NCBI RefSeq assembly: GCF_006345805.1
Contig: NC_043017.1
Coordinates: forward strand, 3,720,001-3,784,000
Length of the DNA: 64,000 nt
Reading direction: 5' to 3'
From: Octopus sinensis
Lineage: Eukaryota
Made by a program: the position numbers and the translations under genes
Shown: piece after piece, positions 54,447-64,000 of the stretch
Layout of the letters: the number at the start of each line of letters is the position of its first letter
How positions within the stretch are numbered: the stretch's first letter is position 1
Notes under the pieces: generated by a model
The model's database searches: none
Seen by the model: the letters and a program-made list of their open reading frames with translations, nothing else
Told to the model about the DNA's origin: nothing

Positions 54447-56943
54447 GAGGAGGAGGAGGAGGGGGAGGAGGAGGAGGGGAGGACGACGACGACAATAGAA
54501 ATGTTTGCAGTCGTTTTTATACGTTTGTCATTCAATTTCACAATCGGGTCAATCAAAATTTGCGGAAAAAATTAGCGCCATGATGTTAGTCATTCAAATT
54601 CGTTTTCCGATCCTTCAGTTTTGCACTTCGGTCAAAGAATTTAGAAAATCACATCATTCAAATTAAAATGTCCGTTGAGAGCATTCAAATTAATCGGGAT
54701 GCACGGAAGCGTCTTTTCGAGCATTCAAGTTAATTTCGAAGCAATCTATTTAACACTTCGAGCAATCAAATTAGCACGATGGCTGTTTTGGTTTTATCTC
54801 ATGATCATTGTTATCATAATCAAATGCTTTCATCCATTGTTTATGCTTTAAGCACTCTTTAAGCACTCTTTAAGCACTCTATCATTTCCATGTCATTTCT
54901 ATGTGTTCTTTTATTTTTGCATAAGTACATCTATTTCTTGTTAAAGAGTGAGAGAAAGTTGTGGCGAAAGAGTACAGCAGGGATCGCCACCCCACCCCCC
55001 TGCCAGAGCCTCGTGGAGATTTAGGTGTTTTCGCTCAATAAATACTCACAACGCCCGGTCTGGGAATCGAAACCGCGAGTCCACTGGGCCATTGCGCCTC
55101 CAATGTCTTGACACTTTCATTATTGCACAGACTTTGGCACAATTAACTTGCTTTTACAAAAGTCTTGTAAAATTATGTCAACATTCGCAAAGCATTAAAC
55201 AATTTTATAGAAGGGAATTTTAGAAACTGTATTGAGCTATTATAAATATTAAAAAGTAATTGTTCTTTTTACTATATTTCTTACCTGTGCACTATACCTG
55301 TTTTCAAGATGAGTAGTAATTTGTTGTAACTGAAATTCATATTCTTTACTTAAATCAGAAACCATACTTTCAACGTCAGCTTTCGGTATATCACATAAAC
55401 TGGGCTGGTTCTTCATCTTCGATAGCATTGATCGGTATTCTTTCATCTCCTGCAAGTAGAAATTTGAAAACGAAACGGTAATTAGTGCTGAAGCAAAGTC
55501 TCTCACCGCAGACTCTATTGAGAAGATAATCTACATTTTAAACATTCGAGTAGACAGACGTGAATATAGAAAATTGTTACCATTATATATTGCTGCTACT
55601 TATTTTATCAAGGGTAACCAATTGGTGGAGTTGGATGGAATGTCTGCGGTATTTATCCCCGCTCTCGGCATTATGAGTTCAAATCCAGCCGAGTTTGATT
55701 TTGACCCATTCGTGTCGATAAAAAACATTATTTAATTCTGCCTTCGATCCCACACTTTCTCAGAGACGGTTGTGTCCAAGGATGGTGGTCGAGATCAGAA
55801 AAGAGTGTACACATCGCGGACCCCCAAATCCTTTTACAATCAGTGAGTAAAGTCGACAAGAAGAAATAAATAATTTTATGAAAGACAAAATAGGAAAGGA
55901 CTTGAAATTATGAATATGGAAATATTTTTGGAAATGTTTTTATAAACTGTTTACTCTTTACTCTTTTACTCTTTTACTTGTTTCAGTCATTTGACTGCGG
56001 CCATGCTGGAGCACCGCCTTTAGTCGAGCAAATCGACCCCGGGACTTATGCTTTGTAAGCCCAGTACTTATTCTATCAGTCTCTTTTGCCGAACCGCTAA
56101 GTGACGGGGACGTAAACACACCAGCATCGGTTTTCAAGCAATGCTAGGGGGACAATCACACACACACAAACACACACACATATATATATATGTGTACTTA
56201 TATACGACAGGCTTCTTTCAGTTTCCGTCTACCAAATCCACTCACAAAGCATTGGTCGGTCCGGGGCTATAGCAGAAGACACTTGCCCAAGATGCCACGC
56301 AGTGGGACTGAACCCGGAACCATGTGGTTGGTAAACAAGCTACCTACCACACAGCCACTCCTGCGCCTATTTTTGGAAATGTTTTTATAAACTGTCTTTC
56401 TAGCTGTTTATAAACTATGGGATTGCTTTTTCCAAATACTATATCACAAAATAATATACCAAAGTCTCTTTTGACCCCAGAAACTAAGGGATCATCCAAG
56501 CAATGATTTTTTGCGATTTTGGTGACAAGCTCTTACGGACTGTTATAGACTGTCATTGCTGGTGTTTATTTCTACAATTGAAACTGCTGGATTTTGTTAT
56601 CTCACATCCTCGTATAGTCCAGATCTCTCTCCAGGCAAAATTATGGATCTTTCCTTTCTTTAAAAAAAAGCAATTTATCACGAAATATCTTTTGAAAACG
56701 AAGATGAATTTCACAACAAGTTCTAGAAACGGTTCTTTGTCAATTATGGAATTTTTAATCAGATAGAAAGCTGGCAGATTGAGTTTTAACTATTTTAAAT
56801 CTGCTGGTTCGTTCCTGTTGATCTGATACCCCAAATTAAATGGATTAGATTGAAAAAGGCCTTAAATGATGTGAACATTTTCTGAATGAAAGTGGCCGAT
56901 ATATCTCATGGCGTTTCACCAAATAAATAAACAAATAAACAAA

Positions 56944-56974
<31 letters not shown>

Positions 56975-58185
56975 AAGCGAAGAAAAAATGCATTACAAGA
57001 GCATGGACATCAGTGCGGAAAGCAAGTTCATTCTCTAATGACTTGACACGTGCAGCTTCAATCAATCTTTGAGTAGTTTCGTCTCGTAAATCCTAAAAAT
57101 AACAAAAAGAAAAATAAATAATTATTTCTGAAGAAATTATCTGTCCAAATAATGAATTATTGTGTCTTACTCGAAGACGAAAGTTTCGTGATTACATAGG
57201 TGATGATAAGCGGGTATTGCTGTTTGTGGCATTGCTTGACCGCAGGTCAGCTCTGATAAAATAAACTCACGACAAAGACTGATCATCCTGTCTTTCATTT
57301 AGGCAAAGTGTACCTAGGGCTACATTATCACATGTATATTTTTAAGCATGTAGGATGTAATTTGAGAACATTTTTGCTGCTCTTTCTGAAAGGTCAAGTG
57401 GTCATACAGAAGCAGCTTCTCCAGCTTCTACCAGTAGAATGGAAAGAGTTGGCGATACATGTTACGTATGGAGGTGCAATGGCCCAGTGGTTAGGGCAGC
57501 GGACTCGCGGTCATAGGATCGTAGTTTCGATTTCCAGACCGGGCGATGTGTTGTGAGTGTTTATTGAGCGAAAACACCTGAAGCTGTAGTCTTCGGATCA
57601 GCTTACTCTTATCAAGATTGGCACTTAGTCAGTTTGTTACATATCCCAGTGTTCCAATAATTACAGGTATAAACCTGAACTTATAACCTGGATATAGTAG
57701 CTATAAGTTCCTCAATAATTCAGTGTAGGTATATACTTTTTCGCTGATTTTTAGCTTTATTTTAAGGTCCGCTGTGCGGCTGATTTCCACAACTGTACAC
57801 AGAAAAAGTAATCAAACAACTGATTCGTGCATCATAAATACAATTGGTAAGCGGAACAGTAAAACCGTGCAAGACTTTTCTCAGGTTTAAAATATGAGAT
57901 TTTTTTCGTCATCTACATTCCAATTATGGAGCTTTGTATCTTCGTTAGAAACCAGCTCTTTCTTTAGAAGAAGAATTTAAATGATTAAACACAGAAGACA
58001 CATAAATATACATATATAGATATATATACATATATATATACATATATACATATATATATATATACATATATACATATATATATATACATATATACATATA
58101 TATATACATATATATAAAGACACACATACATAGAATGATTATTAAATGAATGACTGACTGAAAGATAAATAGATGCATTGATATA

Positions 58186-58250
<65 letters not shown>

Positions 58251-58758
58251 ACCTCGTGTGTACCGTTGGCGATTTTTTTCCTCTGTCTTCCCTTCTCTGG
58301 ATCTTTCTTTCTCCTATGTTTCCGACGAAGAGCTCCACTCGAAACGTTAAACCCTCCTTCTTTCCTTCTTTCCTGAGCGTCCAATAATACTATATTTGTT
58401 CCACGTCCTCCTCGCGTTGTGTTTTTTTGTGCTTTCTTGTTTGGATTAACTATATATATATATATATAATATATATATATATCAGAGAGAGAGAGAGAGT
58501 GAGATAAAGGGATAGACAGATACATAGATAGACAGATAAACGTGTTGTAATGATAAAGTATTTCAATTTACCGATGCAAGTGGTTTCATTTCATTCGCAA
58601 GCTGGACATATTTCTCTTTCGAGCGAGCAAGTTGTTTTTCGAGGTAATTTGCTCTCTCTTGGTTTGTTTCGCTGTCTGAAATTTGACGGGAAATGTCATC
58701 ATACAAACCGTCAATAGCGTGCCCCATTTCATCATTTCTGTCCCGCACATGACTCGTT
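43687..58758 (-). CDS. Gene B: cytoplasmic intermediate filament protein with lamin-tail domain, 5'-partial; exons 58758-58572, 57092-56997, 55449-55285, 54152-54030, 53238-53018, 50186-50098, 48351-48242, 47717-47607, 45501-45388, 43725-43687
   Basis: Ten GT-AG exons in one continuous frame; IF signature [18 protein letters not shown]; LTD motifs [33 protein letters not shown]; no CaaX. Confidence 0.92.
45388..45501 (-). CDS. Gene B exon 10 (LTD)
   Basis: Acceptor TTTCGATTTCTAG, donor AAG|GTAAGA; [38 protein letters not shown]. Confidence 0.88.
46068..46470 (-). mobile_element. SINE family B
   Basis: Full-length match. Confidence 0.88.
46650..47041 (-). mobile_element. Helentron/DINE-like element
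   Basis: Minus strand begins ACTAGCAGTATCACCCGGCGTTGCTCGGG and ends CTTCAGCTTCATATAGAGAGA. Confidence 0.55.
47607..47717 (-). CDS. Gene B exon 9 (LTD)
   Basis: Acceptor TTTCAAATCATAG, donor AAG|GTAAGT; [37 protein letters not shown]. Confidence 0.88.
48242..48351 (-). CDS. Gene B exon 8 (LTD start)
   Basis: Acceptor TTCATTTGCAG, donor GAG|GTAAGA; [36 protein letters not shown]. Confidence 0.9.
49179..49405. repeat. Perfect 37-bp minisatellite, 6 copies
   Basis: Unit CATACGGCTGGGAAAGGGATTAGGATAACAGGCACAT. Confidence 0.95.
49566..50007 (+). mobile_element. Two tandem SINE family A copies with different 3' tails
   Basis: Heads at ~49566 and ~49798. Confidence 0.85.
50098..50186 (-). CDS. Gene B exon 7 (rod-to-LTD linker)
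   Basis: Acceptor TTCATTACCACAG, donor A|GTAGGT; (R)[29 protein letters not shown]; phases 2/1 bridge exons 6 and 8 exactly. Confidence 0.75.
50365..50745 (-). mobile_element. SINE family C variant
   Basis: Head GGAGGCGCAATGGCCCAGTGGTTAGGGC on -; related copies at ~35425-35605, ~54945-55100, ~57469-57585 and ~63199-63500. Confidence 0.85.
51200..52740. repeat. 742-bp tandem duplication in gene B intron 6
   Basis: ORFs at 51356 and 52098 are near-identical; unit boundaries fall in (TA)n/(TG)n tracts. Confidence 0.92.
53018..53238 (-). CDS. Gene B exon 6 (IF consensus coil-2 end)
   Basis: [15 protein letters not shown]...[24 protein letters not shown]; donor AG|GTAAAC (phase 2); 221 nt. Confidence 0.95.
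53383..53767 (+). mobile_element. SINE family B
   Basis: Match with a short deletion in the head. Confidence 0.85.
54030..54152 (-). CDS. Gene B exon 5
   Basis: Acceptor TTATTTAACAG, donor ACG|GTAAGA; [41 protein letters not shown]; open frame, phase 0/0. Confidence 0.82.
54178..54480. repeat. (GAT/GGT)n then (GAG)n trinucleotide array
   Basis: Seen directly; source of the spurious poly-D/H/M/S ORFs. Confidence 0.95.
55285..55449 (-). CDS. Gene B exon 4
   Basis: Acceptor TCTACTTGCAG, donor CAG|GTAAGA; [11 protein letters not shown]...[24 protein letters not shown]; 165 nt. Confidence 0.9.
55951..56367 (-). mobile_element. SINE family B with 28-bp TSD
   Basis: TATTTTTGGAAATGTTTTTATAAACTGT at 55923-55950 and 56368-56395. 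Confidence 0.92.
56997..57092 (-). CDS. Gene B exon 3
   Basis: Acceptor TATTTTTAG, donor CTT|GTAATG; [32 protein letters not shown] (typical IF coil-1B end). Confidence 0.9.
58572..58758 (-). CDS. Gene B exon 2 (coil 1B)
   Basis: Acceptor TTTGTCTAACAG, donor TCG|GTAAAT; [30 protein letters not shown]...LEKQLARSK; 17 of 62 residues identical to gene A exon 2 without gaps. Confidence 0.9.
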
Positions 58759-58789
58759 CTGTTAGACAAATTGATAATAATAATAATAA

Positions 58790-58851
<62 letters not shown>

Positions 58852-58854
<3 letters not shown>

Positions 58855-59287
58855 TACCACAGATTTGCTTGTCAGTTGTTTGACCATAACCAGTTGAGGA
58901 TGTCCCTTAGTGGCTGACGATATGTGCATCTCTGATCACGAGCAGAAGTAGTGGGGGAGCATCATAGCCATGTGTTCAGAGGAATTCTTTGGGGTTTGAA
59001 TAATTCACCTCTGGAAACATGGGTGGTTCTTTCAACATCCTTAAACAACCCTTATTCAGGGACCTTTTGAGCGGGATGGGTTATTCGACCTGAAGAAAAT
59101 TCTAACTGGACCCCACCTGCAAGGTTATGCGCCGTTTACCTTGATATGAGATCGCCATGTCGCGCACATATGGTTGTGATGCATGTGCCTGGTGTACCCT
59201 TATCAGACGGGTAGTCATGATGGGTATATTGGGCTTCGTATATTTTACCCCAGTGTCACTTTGATGGCATGAACTGCTCTCTCACTC
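58852..59287. mobile_element. Unclassified insertion inside a (TAA)n array
   Basis: About 435-bp higher-GC block cleanly bounded by (AAT)n; probably the 3' end of another microsatellite-targeting element (inference). Confidence 0.45.
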
Positions 59288-59348
<61 letters not shown>

Positions 59349-59553
59349 GACAAATACATAGCAAAAACACCAGGACTTACAAACACATATAACATACAGA
59401 AAATTGCACTACTAGGCACTGCACACATCCTACGCAGAACACTTTCCAAACAATAACCATCAGAGCGTCACAACAAATCACAGCACATACCCAAGGCACA
59501 CAGAGCTGCACTCGGTAGTGAAGTGAAAGCACGCTATAAAAATAAAACTACTG
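59349..59553 (+). mobile_element. 3' end of the same Dong-like family as 15164-18024
   Basis: Near-identical to ~17822-18024; embedded in (AAT)n on both sides. Confidence 0.9.
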
Positions 59554-59579
59554 AATAATAATAATAATAATAATATGAA

Positions 59580-59880
59580 ACCATTGATCATGCAGTCTCC
59601 ATGTGCAGTCTTCTTGCTCCTCCAGAGCATCTCAACAGGCAGGTAGAAGGCTAGGGGAACGCGTGATCTATTATACATAGACAAAGCAGTTCTAAATGAA
59701 GTAAAAGCTAGAAAGAAAAAAATCTAACAATAGCCTGGATGGATTATAGGAAAGCCTATGACATGATCCCACACTCATGGATAAGTGAATGTTTGCGTAT
59801 ATTCAGTATGGCAGACAACAGAAGAGAATTAATTAGCTGCAGCGTGAAGAAAGGGAAAGTAGATCTCTTCTCATGTGACA
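59580..59880 (+). mobile_element. R4-clade RT fragment
   Basis: AWMDYRKAYDMIPHSWISECL, homologous to AWIDYKKAFDSIPHTWI in the 15.2-18.0 kb element. Confidence 0.75.
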
Positions 59881-60090
59881 AACGACCAACAGGTGAGGCA
59901 AATAAAATGAACACTATGATATATCGTTATACCTAATTTCACAGAATAACCTCATTCTAGCCAAAGTGAATACCTCGGTACATGTGTTAGACCTATTAGA
60001 AACACAGGCCTAATCTCTAACAGGTCCTTATTACATCACAGCCAGACCCCCTTCAATGTTCAACCAATTCACCTTAAGATTACAGATAAT

Positions 60091-60178
60091 TCTCCCTCAA
60101 ATCACTGCTAAATCTTCCTCAAATCACAGTTAAATCTTCCTCAAATCACAGCCAAATTTCCCTCAAGTCACAGTTAAA
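60091..60178. repeat. 22-bp minisatellite, 4 copies
   Basis: TCTTCCTCAAATCACAGTTAAA-like units. Confidence 0.75.
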
Positions 60179-60700
60179 TTTTGTTCCAATGTAACTCTTA
60201 AATGACGCCGCGTATATAAATGTACATACAGAGTCATGCAAGTATGTCATCTAAATAGCCCAACGAGAATAAGAACATGATTGATAACCACATAGATGTG
60301 ACCCCGTATATAGGGGTAGGCAAAGTAGGTATAGAATTGCTTAGTATGAATAGAATAATCTTTTAATAATTCCTTATTCCCCCAAAAAGAAATAGAGAAA
60401 TAAAAAGAAACATTCCACTCATAACAAGCAACTGTATCGATGTATTTACTTACAGCGCACGGAGTATTTGTTATTCTAGTTACTGATAGCCGGTTGTGAA
60501 ACTTGTACCGCTAGGGAAATGTTACACTTCGCTCAATCATGCATACATTATTTTTCCTGCGTTATATTTTTCCACAGCTAAGAGGACAGACATAGACGAT
60601 TTTTAATGAACTTTTAATAAAAGTCCTAGATATTCCAAGAACTATGTTTTAATATTGAGAGTTAAAGAAAGTTTATTAAGTAGATGAATATGACATCCGA

Positions 60701-61190
60701 TACGAGGGGTGTTCATTAAATATTTCCACTTCTCAAGGACTGGGATAAGTGAAACTTGACATGATTATTAGTTCTTCTCTGCATAACCAACACCAATGGT
60801 GACACAGTTATGCAGTTGTGAATACCTCGTCCGTAGAAGTTGATAGGTTGCGTCTGGATCCCAAACATTACCTCACAACTAAGTTCATCATCCGAAAAGT
60901 GCTCCCCCTTAGAAAAAAGATTTCATGGCTGGAAAGAGGTAGAAGTTAGAAGGTGCGAAGGCGGGAGAGTAAGGGGGGATGAGGAAGGATTTCATAGCCA
61001 CAGGAGTGTGCTTTCATGGGTAACATGCGCATTGTGAACTAGGGCATTGTCTTGGAGGAGGCGGACTCCTTTGGTCAGCATGCCACAGCCCTCTGCTTTG
61101 ATGGCGTCCCACAATTTTTGTACCAGAGAAGAATATGTCACGTTAATTGTGGTGCACTTTGCCAGAAAATCCATCATCACTACCCTGCAC
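60701..61190 (-). mobile_element. Mariner (DD34D-type) transposase 3' remnant
   Basis: GVRLLQDNALVH and HPPYSPAFAPSNFYLF motifs; TACGAGGGG terminus at 60701. Confidence 0.88.
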
Positions 61191-61199
61191 TAGTCTCTG

Positions 61200-62300
61200 T
61201 GATAGGTTTATCAGATAAACTCAGTTTCGTGAGCTCTCTCTCAATTCTTTTCCAGAGAAAGTTTGCTCGAATTAATTTACAGTCTTCATGGTTATAACGT
61301 TTCCAGCTCCACTCCAAAACCTATACTGCTTATTAGATGACACAGATTATGTCAACCGTAACGGATGTTCAAAATACCATTGCATGGTTGTCTAGAAACA
61401 AAACCGTCCATAGATCTTATTTCAAATCTCAATGCACTTGTTATCTCACTGACGGCGCCGAAATAGTTGCTCAGCTACGATTCCTGTTCACATTCTGTGA
61501 CACTCGAGTAAGCGTTGGGAAGTGGCTTGGAGATTAATTATTTATTCTGGAGAATTTCTTCTCCTGTCCGAAAAAGAGCAACTGACGCCGAAGTTAAAGA
61601 TGAAAGATGTCTCTTGGTTGATTACCACATTCTAGAGATAATAACATTTCTGAAAAAAAAATATTCAGTTACGAGATATAACATACTTCTCTGATCTTAA
61701 TACACTCCTTTTGTAATGTACCCAGGGTGACCTCCGACCAAATTGCAAGTCTACTTATTTGATCTGGTGATTATTGTCCATTCCTAATCACTCATGTTTC
61801 CACAGTAAAACGATACAATTCGAATTCAGAACTGACGTCACAGTTGACCTCGTCTGCATCATCTGTCACGCAGTATCGAATGTTGTCTCTTTTTATCGGT
61901 GGGAACGGTTAATGGTTTCATACATGGAGATTCGAAAATAATTCCTATTCTTGGACATGAGAAATTTGTGGCAGTGTATAGCGTCATCTCTTCGTCTCTT
62001 GATTGTCTTTTGCAGAGTTCATTCTGTTGCAATCATTCAGACAAGGAGTCCTCTGTGTGAATACCCCATATTGTTGTTCATTTCTTCTGTCTTCAGGGGC
62101 TCTGATAAAAGGTCATGGGTGGACACTGCTTCTCTTCATTTGACTAAGCCTTTAAAATATATTAATATTTTCAATAAAATCTGTAACATTTGACAGCAAC
62201 GTATTTCTGCTGTGTGTTTGAAAGAGCTGAAATAGCTTCACACATTCGCACTCATCTCATCTTTAGACAGCGAATTGGTTAAGTACGTATATCACCAGAT
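61200..62300 (+). mobile_element. Highly decayed LINE RT remnant
   Basis: Spaced degenerate RT-like segments (DVQNTIAWLSRNK...AQLRFLFTFC; FRQGVL) with many stops and frameshifts. Confidence 0.45.
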
Positions 62301-62730
62301 ACAGCGCTGTGTGACATTTGCTTCGGCAATGTACGTTCAAACCACATCGATGCCAAGTTTAACTTTTACCCCTTCGAGGTGGATCAAGTACCAGTCAAGA
62401 ATTACTGTCGATATCACTGCGTCTCATTCTCTCCAAATTGCGTATCCATGAAACTCTACAGTATATATACCTAATTCCGAATGATCCGTCCTTGTTTTCC
62501 TTATATCGTCTGTCTGGATATTTTGTTGTCCCATTTTTGTTTCACCTAACTGTTTGAATGTTTTGCGTTCTTGTCCCATTTTCGTATTTTTTATATATAA
62601 AATATAGCGGCGTACGTACACTTTGGTCTCATATATGTAAGTATATTTATGAGCATACATATATCAGTGTGCAAGGATGATTGTTATCGTGTATGTGAAT
62701 CTGTATATTTTAGGTTCTGTATATGTACAT

Positions 62731-63066
62731 AGGCGCAGGAGTGGCTGTTTGGTAAGTAGCTTGCTAACCAGCCACATGGTTCCGGGTTCAGTTCCACTGC
62801 GTGGCATCTTGGGCAAGTGTCTTCTGCTATAGCCCCGAGCCGACCAATGCCTTGTGAGTGGATTTGGTAGACGGAAACTGAAAGAAGCCTGTCGTATATA
62901 TGTATATATATATAAGTGTGTGTGAATATGTTTGTGTCTGTGTTTGTTCCCCTAGCATTGCTTGACAACCGATGCTGGTGTGTTTACGTCCCCGTCACTT
63001 AGCGGTTCGGCAAAAGAGACCGATAGAATAAGTACTGGGCTTACAAAGAATAAGTCCCGGAGTCGA
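62731..63066 (+). mobile_element. SINE family B, 3'-truncated
   Basis: Head and body match family B. Confidence 0.88.
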
Positions 63067-63820
63067 TTATGGAATGAGTAGACTTTCATAATATTTGCTT
63101 CGCAGCTGTTTTCTTTTAGGTTTTGCGAAGCCCAGCATCTATTAGTGCTAAGGAGGTTACTTAATGCCCCAATAATTATAGGCATATATCTAAAGCAATG
63201 TGGAGGCGCAATGGCCCAGTGGTTAGGGCAGCGGACTCGCGGTCGGAGGATCGCGGTTTCGATTCCCAGACCGGGCGTTGTGTGTGTTTATTGACTGAAA
63301 ACGCCTAAAAGCTCCACGAAGCTCCGGCAGGGGGTGGTGGCGACCCCTGTTGTATTCTTTCGCCACAACTTTCTTTCACTCTTTCTTCTTTGTTTCTTGA
63401 GTAACGCTGCGATGGATTGGCGTCCTGTCCAGCTGGAGGGAACACATAGGCCACAGAAACCGGGAAACCGTTCTCATGAGCCTGGCTAGGCTTGAAAAGG
63501 GTGACGTTAACGTTTATCTAAAGCAATAAGCTAGGTGAAATGACTACAACTTTCTGTTAGCATCATTATGTTAACATCTGTTGCGCAACTAATTACCACT
63601 ACTGTGTCTAAGTTTTCCTCTGTTCTAAATCATTTTGCCTGGTATATTTTGTTTGTGCTCGTGAGATCTTGATAAGAAAATTTCACTACTATTCTTCCAT
63701 ATTGCATATTATAACTGTGATTTCTATTTTATATATGATCAATATAATCTCATCCATAGAATCAACCTTTCAACAAAGTTGCGGTGTATAACATGTTGGT
63801 CACGATAATAGATAATATTC

Positions 63821-64000
63821 CTTTCTGCTATAGGCACAAGGCCTGAAATTTTGGGGGACGGAGATAGTCGATTACATCAACCCCAAAGCTCTACTGGTAC
63901 TTAATCTATCGGTCCCGAAAGGATGAAAAGCAAAGACGACTTCGGCGGAATTCGAACTCAGAACATAAAGGCAGACTAAAAGACGTTAAGCATTTTGTCC
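63821..64000 (-). mobile_element. SINE family A, cut by the window edge
   Basis: CCCGAAAGGATGAAA...GGCGGAATTCGAACTCAGAAC. Confidence 0.8.

Noticed and set aside
54084-54575. Poly-Asp/His/Met/Ser ORFs as biomineralisation or metal-binding proteins
   Set aside because: A (GAT)n microsatellite inside gene B intron 4, open in several frames; no independent gene structure.
43687-58758. Gene B as a nuclear lamin
   Set aside because: No basic NLS between rod and LTD and no CaaX at either possible C-terminus; LTD-bearing cytoplasmic IFs are normal in protostomes.
63590-63720. Candidate first exon of gene B
   Set aside because: Stops in the frames leading to the donor-like site and no coil-1A motif; exon 1 most likely lies beyond 64000.

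Overview
AT-rich, microsatellite- and SINE-dense eukaryotic DNA. The SINE families and repeat landscape suggest an octopus (coleoid cephalopod) genome; this is recognition from memory, not a database result. There is a 100-N assembly gap at 12820-12919. The protein-coding content is a convergent (tail-to-tail) pair of paralogous, spliced cytoplasmic intermediate-filament (IF) genes that the ORF track only shows in fragments. Gene A (+, 29477-38411, 6 exons, ~350 aa) appears to be a rod-only IF with almost no head and no tail. Gene B (-, 10 exons visible from 58758 to 43687, first exon apparently beyond the window) has a canonical rod end plus a lamin-tail domain (LTD) and no CaaX box. Four of the five comparable rod exons have identical lengths (187, 96, 165, 221 nt) and all have matching phases. 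The rest is transposon-derived: R4/Dong-like LINEs inserted in (TAA)n arrays (one present as a filled/empty site pair in a tandem duplication), CR1/L2- and RTE-like fragments, mariner remnants, Helentron-like elements, three SINE families, repeats with hammerhead-ribozyme-like cores, minisatellites and local duplications. Exon coordinates were derived by hand from GT-AG sites and frame continuity; repeat boundaries are approximate.
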